A stretch of DNA of 64,000 bases, taken from positions 1-64,000 of IMG/VR virus record IMGVR_UViG_3300046543_000595; one strand, given 5' to 3'. The stretch's first letter is position 1. Each line of letters opens with the position of its first letter. Under the pieces are notes generated by a model, which did no database searches, had not been told where the DNA came from, and worked only from the letters and a program-made list of their open reading frames with translations. This document shows positions 18,719 to 24,604 of this stretch, one piece after another. A program made the translations under genes and the position numbers. The DNA comes from a virus. Taxonomy: Duplodnaviria > Caudoviricetes.

Positions 18719-18758
18719 CCCCCCGGAGCACCATGGAATTCCGGGGGTTTCGCTTTTT
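18719..18758. terminator. intrinsic terminator between convergent units
   Basis: CCCCCGGA...TCCGGGGG stem followed by a T-rich tail. Confidence 0.6.
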
Positions 18759-19581
18759 ATAGCCAGTTGCGCGCGGCACCGCAATTGCCACAGAACTTCG
18801 ATCGTGACTTGTTGACGTGGCCGCAGACCGTACATTTCGGTTTGTACTTCACGGTCACGGCCTTCGCCGCCAGCACCCGGCCAACCTGCCCGCGCAATCG
18901 CAACACGATCACTCGAGACTGGAACTCAAGCGGGAAGCCGGACACCGTATGGAATGTTTGACTACTCTCACTGCCGGGCACGGTGATACCGGCATCACAA
19001 CTATCCTGACTGATCTGTGCGCCGACGTTAAAATTGGCCGATCGTAGGACTCCGGTTTTGCCGCTATTGCCGGTATGTGCGCCATACGATGCTGTGTTAT
19101 TGCACCACGGCTGCGTATCCCACGGCCACTGCTGTACCGGGATGAACTGGATGACCGGAGGCTGACCATGCCAGTACGGGATCGGCCGCTCGTAATAGCG
19201 AATGATCGGTACATCGAGCACCGGTTGAACGCGTTCCGCCCATGCCTCAACGCGAATCAGCCCATCATCGACCTTAGCGCCGCGGTGAGTTTCGATCTGA
19301 TCGGTCCGCTCAATAAACTTGAAGCGATTGCCGGCGAGCAGATTCCCGTTGCGGATGAACCGCTCGAGTTCAATGTCGGAGTTCGGCGCGATCACGAGGT
19401 GCGTGCTCTCGGTCGCGTCTATACCGTCGACCGACACTTTCACTTGCGCGCGGACGGAATTCAGATTCTTGATCAGGATGGAATATTCGGAACCGAAGGG
19501 AAGGGTGACCGTGCTGTCGATCTCGCGAAGCACCTTGCCGCCGCATTTGACGACGACGACGAAATTTTCCTTAAACGTCAT
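18757..19581 (-). CDS. hypothetical protein with C-terminal double Zn-ribbon
   Basis: LPFGSEYSI-IKN...LERF...RFKF; CTVCG...FCGNCG. Confidence 0.75.
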   Translation of the reverse strand: MTFKENFVVVVKCGGKVLREIDSTVTLPFGSEYSILIKNLNSVRAQVKVSVDGIDATESTHLVIAPNSDIELERFIRNGNLLAGNRFKFIERTDQIETHRGAKVDDGLIRVEAWAERVQPVLDVPIIRYYERPIPYWHGQPPVIQFIPVQQWPWDTQPWCNNTASYGAHTGNSGKTGVLRSANFNVGAQISQDSCDAGITVPGSESSQTFHTVSGFPLEFQSRVIVLRLRGQVGRVLAAKAVTVKYKPKCTVCGHVNKSRSKFCGNCGAARNWL

Positions 19582-19677
19582 ACTTTTCCTTTCAACAGCG
19601 CACCGGCTAAGCGCTCGAGTGTTTAAAGCCGGTTGAATTTGCAGACGCCATGAACTATAACGTGTACGGAGGTTGAA

Positions 19678-20335
19678 ATGATAGTTGAAATCCGAGCCGC
19701 CGAGGGCGGCGATGACGCCAAATTACTCGTCCTGGATCAGTGCCGCATCTACGCGAAACGATGTCTCAGGAACGGTCTTTGACTTTGCGATCGTCGATCA
19801 ACGGCCAGGTATTATCGTTACGATTATTCGTGGCGCGAAAGAACACATCTTCCAATCTGAATCCGGTGGCCATCGCTGGCAGCGGATCCCACCGACCGAA
19901 AAGCGCGGCCGCGTTCAAACCAGCACCATCACGGTAGCCGTCTTACCCGAACCCACTGCCGTCGAAGATCCATTGAAATTACACGATCTGGACTGGATGA
20001 CTTGTCGCTCTGGCGGTAAGGGCGGCCAGAACGTGAACAAAGTCGAATCGGCGGTGCAGATCCGTCATCGTCCCACCGGTCTGATTGTGCGGTGTGAATC
20101 GGAACGCTCGCAGCTGCTGAACAAACAGTCGGCGCTGGAGATCATGCGGGCAAAGCTCTGGGATGCGGCACGTACGCAGCAGAGTAACGCGATAGCCAGT
20201 GATCGTAAACAGCAGGTCGGCGCCGGCATGCGTGGCGACAAGCGACGGACGATCCGGGTGAGGGATGGGGCGGTCGTCGACCACGTGACGGGACAGCGCT
20301 GGAAATTCGATGACTACATTGCGGGACGATGGTAA
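19678..20335 (+). CDS. short class-I peptide chain release factor (RF1-like PxT), expressed through a +1 programmed frameshift at CTT-TGA-C (19777-19783)
   Basis: GGAGG SD and ATG 19678 give MIVEIRAAEGGDDA...NGL*; the +1 frame continues to ESGGHRWQRIPPTEKRGRVQTS and SGGKGGQNVNKVESAV. Confidence 0.9.
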
Positions 20336-20363
20336 TTGACATCGTCCACAGAACGTGGATAAT
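20336..20363 (+). promoter_or_regulatory. sigma70-like promoter of tRNA operon 1
   Basis: TTGACA-16-GATAAT. Confidence 0.7.
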
Positions 20364-20369
20364 CGAACC

Positions 20370-20447
20370 GTGAACATCACGTACATCATGGACGCACGAG
20401 CCGCCGCGAGACCGTGGCCACCCGTGTGTCTGGGAGGCGGTATGTAG
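20370..20447 (+). CDS. leader peptide 1 (MNITYIMDARAAARPWPPVCLGGGM)
   Basis: GTG sits at the predicted +1 (leaderless); its Ala/Arg/Pro/Trp run matches the downstream tRNAs. Confidence 0.65.
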   Translation: MNITYIMDARAAARPWPPVCLGGGM

Positions 20448-20475
20448 CGCGCGAACTACAAATTCCACTCCTCTC

Positions 20476-20507
20476 AGGCTGACAGCAATGTCAGCCTTTT
20501 TTGTTTT
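20476..20507 (+). terminator. intrinsic terminator (attenuator) before tRNA-Pro
   Basis: AGGCTGACA-GCAA-TGTCAGCCT-TTTTTGTTTT. Confidence 0.85.
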
Positions 20508-20508
20508 C

Positions 20509-20580
20509 CGGGATGTAGGAAAGTGGGTATCCACTCCGTTTGGGGCGGAGGAATCGCCAGTTCGAATCTGGTCATCCCGA
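20509..20580 (+). tRNA. tRNA-Pro(TGG)
   Basis: cloverleaf; CTCCG-TTTGGGG-CGGAG. Confidence 0.9.
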
Positions 20581-20589
20581 CTTGTTTAT

Positions 20590-20660
20590 GGGCCGGTAGC
20601 TCAACGGGAGAGCGTCTCACTTGCAATGAGAAAGATGGGGTTCGATTCCCCCCGTGTCCA
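20590..20660 (+). tRNA. tRNA-Ala(TGC)
   Basis: TCTCA-CTTGCAA-TGAGA; G3:U70 pair. Confidence 0.85.
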
Positions 20661-20664
20661 CTTT

Positions 20665-20753
20665 ACGGACGTGGCCGAGTGGTTGAAGGCTCCGGATTCC
20701 AGACCCGGATGACCGTAATGGTCGCATCGTTGGTTCGAATCCAACCGTCCGTG
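20665..20753 (+). tRNA. tRNA with CCA (Trp) anticodon and long variable arm
   Basis: loop TTCCAGA; variable stem GACC-GTAAT-GGTC; A1-U72 and G73. Confidence 0.75.
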
Positions 20754-20760
20754 CTTCAGA

Positions 20761-20860
20761 TTGGCGGTCCCTGTGCAACCAAGCACGAGGCGCTCCTCTG
20801 GTCGAGGGTGGGGCTGGGTTTCGAATCTCCGGCCCGGCGCTGTTGGGACGGGGCCGCCAA
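20761..20860 (+). ncRNA. structured non-tRNA RNA within the tRNA array
   Basis: closing stem TTGGCGGTCC/GGGCCGCCAA; internal hairpins, one with a TTCGAAT loop. Confidence 0.45.
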
Positions 20861-20867
20861 TGTCTTT

Positions 20868-20941
20868 CGGGATGTAGGAAAGCCTGGAAATCCGTCTGCC
20901 TCGGGCGCAGAAGATCGCCGGTTCAAATCCGGCCATCCCGA
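20868..20941 (+). tRNA. tRNA-Pro(CGG)
   Basis: TCTGC-CTCGGGC-GCAGA. Confidence 0.9.
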
Positions 20942-20945
20942 CTTT

Positions 20946-21020
20946 GCCCGCGTAGCTCAGCCTGGATAGAGCGACGAGCTTCTAACTCGAGGGCCGCAGG
21001 TCCGAATCCTGCCGCGGGTA
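20946..21020 (+). tRNA. tRNA-Arg(TCT)
   Basis: CGAG-CTTCTAA-CTCG. Confidence 0.9.
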
Positions 21021-21035
21021 CTATATACTGGCCGC

Positions 21036-21191
21036 ATGTGGCTAATCATCGAAACCGATTCCACGGTCGAGATCGTCCCCGACTTCGGTCGGCAGCATGT
21101 GCTGGTCGGAGATAACGATGGACCGTGCTGGTGCGTGCCTCGAATCGAAGAGAACGATCGCGATCTCGTCATCCACGAAGCGGACAACTGA
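21036..21191 (+). CDS. 51-aa hypothetical protein
   Basis: read by eye: MWLIIETDSTVEIVPDFGRQHVLVGDNDGPCWCVPRIEENDRDLVIHEADN. Confidence 0.5.
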   Translation: MWLIIETDSTVEIVPDFGRQHVLVGDNDGPCWCVPRIEENDRDLVIHEADN

Positions 21192-21192
21192 C

Positions 21193-21220
21193 TTGACAAC
21201 CGATCGGCAGTGTGCATAAT
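21193..21220 (+). promoter_or_regulatory. sigma70-like promoter of tRNA operon 2
   Basis: TTGACA-16-CATAAT. Confidence 0.7.
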
Positions 21221-21319
21221 CGGATCTGAACTTGATAGGGTTTGCGAATCGTCCAGTTTCACTCATTACCTCTCTGGGAACGGCAGTCGAGCAATCGCTG
21301 CCGACCCGGCACTTATAAA

Positions 21320-21409
21320 ATGCGATTTATAAAACAACACGAACACATCCAGACACGCGGTAGGAATACCGTCGGAATGGATACGTTCGTGCCGGAGGTC
21401 ACCGGGTAA
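21320..21409 (+). CDS. leader peptide 2 (MRFIKQHEHIQTRGRNTVGMDTFVPEVTG)
   Basis: amino-acid set equals that of the 21 downstream tRNAs plus one Pro; followed by an attenuator. Confidence 0.7.
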   Translation: MRFIKQHEHIQTRGRNTVGMDTFVPEVTG

Positions 21410-21434
21410 AGAACCAAAACCCGAATGACCGACC

Positions 21435-21470
21435 GGCCGGAGACACAAGGTTCTCCGGCCTTTCTGTTTT
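21435..21470 (+). terminator. intrinsic terminator (attenuator) before tRNA operon 2
   Basis: GGCCGGAGA-CACAAGGT-TCTCCGGCC-TTTCTGTTTT. Confidence 0.85.
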
Positions 21471-21471
21471 C

Positions 21472-21543
21472 TGCCCCGTGGCGCAGTGGTAGCGCGGCGC
21501 TCTCATAAGGCGACGGTCGGGAGTCCGAATCTCCCCGGGGCGA
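21472..21543 (+). tRNA. tRNA with CAT anticodon (Met or Ile2)
   Basis: loop CTCATAA; cloverleaf. Confidence 0.85.
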
Positions 21544-21616
21544 TGGGATGGTGGGACAATAGGAAAATGCCTTGTTTCCCGAGGAAAATGCCTAACGTGC
21601 AGCCATCCTAGCTTTT

Positions 21617-21689
21617 GCCGCGGTAGCACAGTTGGTAGTGCAGCTGACCCGTAATCAGCAGGTCGTGAGTCCGAATCTCACCCGTGGCT
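21617..21689 (+). tRNA. tRNA-Thr(CGT)
   Basis: GCTGA-CCCGTAA-TCAGC (C33). Confidence 0.85.
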
Positions 21690-21690
21690 T

Positions 21691-21765
21691 AGGTCTGTCG
21701 TTAAGCGGGGCGGTAACGTTCCGGGTTGACCGGCTCGCACACACTTCCGTAAAGCGATAGACCTT
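21691..21765 (+). ncRNA. structured non-tRNA RNA
   Basis: closing stem AGGTCTGTCG/CGATAGACCT; internal CCGG-GTTGA-CCGG. Confidence 0.4.
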
Positions 21766-21767
21766 TC

Positions 21768-21839
21768 GCCGCAGTAGCCGAGGGGTAAGGCGCCGAGTTG
21801 GTATCTCGGAGATCGTGGGATCATTCCCCACCTGTGGCT
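21768..21839 (+). tRNA. tRNA-Thr(GGT)
   Basis: CCGAG-TTGGTAT-CTCGG. Confidence 0.85.
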
Positions 21840-21841
21840 TT

Positions 21842-21902
21842 GGCCCGGCACCATGTACTGATGGAGCGCCCGTTCCGGGTAGTCATCGGAGACGGCTGGG
21901 CC
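21842..21902 (+). ncRNA. small multibranch non-tRNA RNA
   Basis: closing stem GGCCCGGC/GCTGGGCC with short internal hairpins. Confidence 0.35.
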
Positions 21903-21905
21903 TTC

Positions 21906-21978
21906 GCTCGCGTAGCACAATTGGCGGTGCGCCACCCTTGTAGCGTGGAGGTTGCCGGATCGTTGCCGGCCGCGAGCT
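21906..21978 (+). tRNA. tRNA-Thr(TGT)
   Basis: loop CTTGTAG; cloverleaf. Confidence 0.8.
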
Positions 21979-21985
21979 TTTGTTT

Positions 21986-22059
21986 GGGCGGTTAGTTCAG
22001 CCTGGAAGAACGCGGAGCTTACATCTCCGATGCCGCGGGTTCAAATCCTGCACCGCCTA
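21986..22059 (+). tRNA. tRNA-Val(TAC)
   Basis: CGGAG-CTTACAT-CTCCG. Confidence 0.9.
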
Positions 22060-22061
22060 TC

Positions 22062-22135
22062 GCTGTCGTAGCTCAACTGGCAGAAGCATCCGGCTCTTAA
22101 CCGGAAGGTTGTGGGATCGTTGCCCACCGACAGCA
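22062..22135 (+). tRNA. tRNA-Lys(CTT)
   Basis: TCCGG-CTCTTAA-CCGGA. Confidence 0.88.
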
Positions 22136-22208
22136 TGGGGCATAGCTCAACTGGCAGAGCGCTGGATTCTGAATCCAGAGGTTTAAGGTTCGAAGCCTTA
22201 TGCCCTAG
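22136..22208 (+). tRNA. tRNA-Gln(CTG)
   Basis: CTGGA-TTCTGAA-TCCAG. Confidence 0.9.
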
Positions 22209-22212
22209 TCGT

Positions 22213-22288
22213 AGCTCGGTAGCACAACTGGCGGTGCGCGCGCCTTTGGAGCGCGAGGCTGCAGGTTCGAAGCCTGCCCGGGCTGCCA
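22213..22288 (+). tRNA. tRNA-Gln(TTG)
   Basis: CGCGC-CTTTGGA-GCGCG; encoded CCA. Confidence 0.9.
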
Positions 22289-22290
22289 TT

Positions 22291-22364
22291 CGGCTCGTAG
22301 TTCAGCGGACTAGAACATCGGTCTCCGAAACCGAAAGTCAGGAGTTCGAATCTCCTCGAGTCGA
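22291..22364 (+). tRNA. tRNA-Arg(CCG)
   Basis: TCGGT-CTCCGAA-ACCGA. Confidence 0.88.
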
Positions 22365-22369
22365 CTTGT

Positions 22370-22448
22370 TGACAGGTGGCAGACATTTGGTAATGCGCGC
22401 GGCTGTTAACCGCGGTCGATTTGGGTTCGAAACCCAACCTGTCAGCCA
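22370..22448 (+). tRNA. tRNA-Asn(GTT)
   Basis: CGCGG-CTGTTAA-CCGCG; encoded CCA. Confidence 0.85.
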
Positions 22449-22452
22449 AAAT

Positions 22453-22525
22453 GCCCGCGTGGTCTAATGGAAGGGCCCTTGACTACGAATCAAGTGACAT
22501 GCAGGTCCGAGTCCTGCCGCGGGTA
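22453..22525 (+). tRNA. tRNA-Arg(ACG)
   Basis: CTTGA-CTACGAA-TCAAG. Confidence 0.88.
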
Positions 22526-22529
22526 CTCT

Positions 22530-22600
22530 GCCTCGGTCGGTTAGTGGTAAACCATCTGGCTTCCAACCAGAAACTGCGGGTCCGATTCCCGCTCGGGGCA
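22530..22600 (+). tRNA. tRNA-Gly(TCC)
   Basis: TCTGG-CTTCCAA-CCAGA. Confidence 0.88.
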
Positions 22601-22601
22601 T

Positions 22602-22687
22602 TGGGCGCGAAGGAGCTAAAGCAGGGTATAGGTTTGACTCGACCCACGATGAGTGATGAATCGGGTACCTGCCAGGCGTCGCGTCCA
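22602..22687 (+). ncRNA. structured non-tRNA RNA
   Basis: outer stem TGGGCGCGA/TCGCGTCCA; inner stem GCAGG/CCTGC; two short hairpins. Confidence 0.45.
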
Positions 22688-22691
22688 CTTT

Positions 22692-22763
22692 GTGGTCGTC
22701 GTCCAATTGGCAGGATGGGACGTTGCCAACGTCCAGACGCCGGATCATTCCCGGTCGACCACT
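22692..22763 (+). tRNA. tRNA-Gly(GCC)
   Basis: GGACG-TTGCCAA-CGTCC. Confidence 0.85.
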
Positions 22764-22766
22764 CTT

Positions 22767-22840
22767 GGGACCGGCGCATAACGGCTGGTGCGCTCCGCTG
22801 TCTACGGATGCTTTAGGGGGTTCAACTCCCCTCGGTCCCG
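22767..22840 (+). tRNA. tRNA-Asp(GTC)
   Basis: TCCG-CTGTCTA-CGGA. Confidence 0.82.
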
Positions 22841-22843
22841 TCT

Positions 22844-22914
22844 GGCCCCGTCTTCCAAGGGTAGGAACGCGGATTTTCACTCCGCGAATTGGAGCTCGAC
22901 TCTCCACGGGGCTA
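22844..22914 (+). tRNA. tRNA-Glu(TTC)
   Basis: GCGGA-TTTTCAC-TCCGC. Confidence 0.85.
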
Positions 22915-22917
22915 TCT

Positions 22918-22989
22918 GTCGCGTTCGGCTAGAGGCTAGGCCGTCGCCCTCTCGAGACGAAGACGCCGGTTCGACTCCGGCACGCGACG
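22918..22989 (+). tRNA. tRNA-Glu(CTC)
   Basis: loop CTCTCGA; GGTTCGACTCC. Confidence 0.85.
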
Positions 22990-22991
22990 TC

Positions 22992-23066
22992 GCTCGAGTA
23001 ACTCAGTGGTTTCAGAGATCGCGTCTGATAAGCGCGAGGTCGGGAGTTCGATTCTCCCCTCGAGCA
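22992..23066 (+). tRNA. tRNA-Ile(GAT)
   Basis: CGCGT-CTGATAA-GCGCG. Confidence 0.88.
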
Positions 23067-23070
23067 CTTT

Positions 23071-23143
23071 GCCGCGGTAGCTCAGACGGTAGAGCGCGGC
23101 CCTGAAAAGGCCGGCGTCGGGAGTCCGACTCTCCCCCGTGGCA
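23071..23143 (+). tRNA. tRNA-Phe(GAA)
   Basis: CGGCC-CTGAAAA-GGCCG. Confidence 0.9.
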
Positions 23144-23178
23144 CTATGGAAACACATAAACGTCTGGTGATTCACTTC

Positions 23179-23252
23179 GCCAGCCTAACTCAAACGGATA
23201 GAGTATCGGTCTTTTAAACCGAAGGTTGTGGGATCATACCCCACGGCTGGCA
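23179..23252 (+). tRNA. tRNA-Lys(TTT)
   Basis: TCGGT-CTTTTAA-ACCGA. Confidence 0.85.
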
Positions 23253-23255
23253 TAC

Positions 23256-23326
23256 GCCGAGTTCGTCCAGCGGAAGGACGTCTGATTGTGGATCAGAAGA
23301 CTGGGGTTCGAGCCCCCAACTCGGTA
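23256..23326 (+). tRNA. tRNA-His(GTG)
   Basis: TCTGA-TTGTGGA-TCAGA; A73, no encoded G-1. Confidence 0.88.
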
Positions 23327-23328
23327 TC

Positions 23329-23403
23329 GGACCTGTAGCTCAGATGGACAGAGCGCTTGTTTCCTAAACAAGGCTGCCGCGAGTTCGAATCTCGCCAGGT
23401 CCA
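23329..23403 (+). tRNA. tRNA-Arg(CCT)
   Basis: CTTGT-TTCCTAA-ACAAG. Confidence 0.9.
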
Positions 23404-23404
23404 C

Positions 23405-23434
23405 TTGACAGAACCAAACCCGATCGTCTAGGAT
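23405..23434 (+). promoter_or_regulatory. sigma70-like promoter of tRNA operon 3
   Basis: TTGACA-18-TAGGAT. Confidence 0.65.
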
Positions 23435-23442
23435 GACCCATC

Positions 23443-23541
23443 ATGAAAGTGCAAATCTTTCGCCACGTGATCGCTGCTTTAGCCAGTTCTTCCCGCTTGC
23501 GCCTCTCCTCGTTACGACTCAGTTATTGTTCATCTCTGTAA
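23443..23541 (+). CDS. leader peptide 3 (MKVQIFRHVIAALASSSRLRLSSLRLSYCSSL)
   Basis: ATG near the predicted +1; 16 of the last 20 codons are Ser, Leu, Tyr or Cys, matching the downstream tRNAs. Confidence 0.7.
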   Translation: MKVQIFRHVIAALASSSRLRLSSLRLSYCSSL

Positions 23542-23556
23542 ACCAAAACTAAACTC

Positions 23557-23630
23557 GCCCCTGTACGCAAACTGGCAAAGCGATCCCGCTCAAAACGGGC
23601 TGTTTGTGGGTCCGACTCCCACCGGGGGTA
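23557..23630 (+). tRNA. tRNA-Leu(CAA), short variable arm
   Basis: CCCG-CTCAAAA-CGGG. Confidence 0.82.
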
Positions 23631-23632
23631 TT

Positions 23633-23717
23633 GGCGATGTAGACGTGTACGGCGCACGGGCGCTCTGTAAAAGCGTTTTGGGCAACTGACCACTGAGTTC
23701 GATTCTCAGCATCGCCA
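23633..23717 (+). tRNA. tRNA-Tyr(GTA)
   Basis: GCGCT-CTGTAAA-AGCGT; long variable arm. Confidence 0.82.
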
Positions 23718-23720
23718 CTT

Positions 23721-23811
23721 GGAAGCGTGGTCGAGCGGTTTATGACACCGGCCCCGAAACCCGGCGGGTAGTTGAAAGGCTATCTCGTGAGTTCGAATCT
23801 CACCGCTTCCT
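23721..23811 (+). tRNA. tRNA-Ser(CGA)
   Basis: loop CCCGAAA (C33); long variable arm. Confidence 0.82.
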
Positions 23812-23814
23812 CTT

Positions 23815-23895
23815 GGCCCCTTGGTGAAACGGCATACACGCCGGTCTTAGGAACCGGTTCCTTCGGGAGTGAGAGTTCAAGTCTCTCAGGGGCTA
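23815..23895 (+). tRNA. tRNA-Leu(TAG)
   Basis: CCGGT-CTTAGGA-ACCGG. Confidence 0.9.
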
Positions 23896-23898
23896 TTC

Positions 23899-23971
23899 GG
23901 ACGTCTGCCGGAATGGTTAACGGGCTGGGCTGCAAACCCAGTTTTTAGGAGTTCGATCCTCCTGGCGTCCT
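23899..23971 (+). tRNA. tRNA-Cys(GCA)
   Basis: CTGGG-CTGCAAA-CCCAG; U73. Confidence 0.88.
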
Positions 23972-23974
23972 CTT

Positions 23975-24061
23975 GGAGAGATGGCCGAGTCTGGCTGAAG
24001 GCACCGGTTTGCTAAACCGGCAGGCAGTGATGTCTCGCGGGTTCAAATCCCGCTCTCTCCG
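23975..24061 (+). tRNA. tRNA-Ser(GCT)
   Basis: CCGGT-TTGCTAA-ACCGG; long variable arm. Confidence 0.92.
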
Positions 24062-24062
24062 C

Positions 24063-24443
24063 TTATTTGGGCCGCGGTGGCATCGGATCGCCGGTGCGCG
24101 TGGCGACAAGGCAGTCGCCTACCCATGCGGTCAGTTCGGTGTTTTTGCACATGTCGTGCTTGAGGTCGGCAAAGCGGGTGTCGTCTTTCAAATCGTGCTG
24201 CACCACGCGCTGATCGAGCAGCGCCACGGATTGGCCAAGCGCGGCATTCTTCGCGATTTGCGCGTCGTAGGTCTTCATCCTATCCCTTATAAAAAAACCT
24301 ACGATCGTTCCGAGCGTCATCATAATGCTCACCAGAACCGTAAGAACGATATCGATTTCACTATAGTGACTAACGGCTGCGGTGTCCAGTTGCACATGCT
24401 CCTCCTGATCACAGGTCTCAGACCTCTGCGTGTGGACGGACAT
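24063..24443 (-). CDS. single-TM membrane protein (holin-like?)
   Basis: IDIVLTVLVSIMMTLGTIVGFFI followed by a helical segment. Confidence 0.5.
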   Translation of the reverse strand: MSVHTQRSETCDQEEHVQLDTAAVSHYSEIDIVLTVLVSIMMTLGTIVGFFIRDRMKTYDAQIAKNAALGQSVALLDQRVVQHDLKDDTRFADLKHDMCKNTELTAWVGDCLVATRTGDPMPPRPK

Positions 24444-24604
24444 TCATCTGTTGGGTTTATTGTAGGTTAGACGTCAACGCTGCTCGAATGGAGCGGAGAT
24501 TCGGCCGGCGCGCCCGGCAGACCGCGCAATACATCATGCGGACGGCGCCAGCGATGAATTCATAGATCGTGCGGCGGAGATCGCAGCCGGGGCAGACTTC
24601 TGTC

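Noticed and set aside
19685-19780. Track start (TTG 19685) for the release factor
   Set aside because: It has no well-placed SD and no release-factor-like N-terminus; ATG 19678 has GGAGG and the EIRAAEGG motif.
19678-24061. Stop-codon recoding suggested by a release factor plus many tRNAs
   Set aside because: No CTA or TCA suppressor tRNA is present, and long genes are intact in the standard code and end in TAA, TAG and TGA.
20509-24061. tRNA-associated theta (HDV-like) ribozymes or introns in the tRNAs
   Set aside because: Most spacers are only a few nucleotides, no nested double-pseudoknot pattern was recognisable by eye, and the anticodon loops are uninterrupted.
20488-24470. ORF-track ORFs across the tRNA array
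   Set aside because: They overlap well-formed tRNA genes and are spurious translations.
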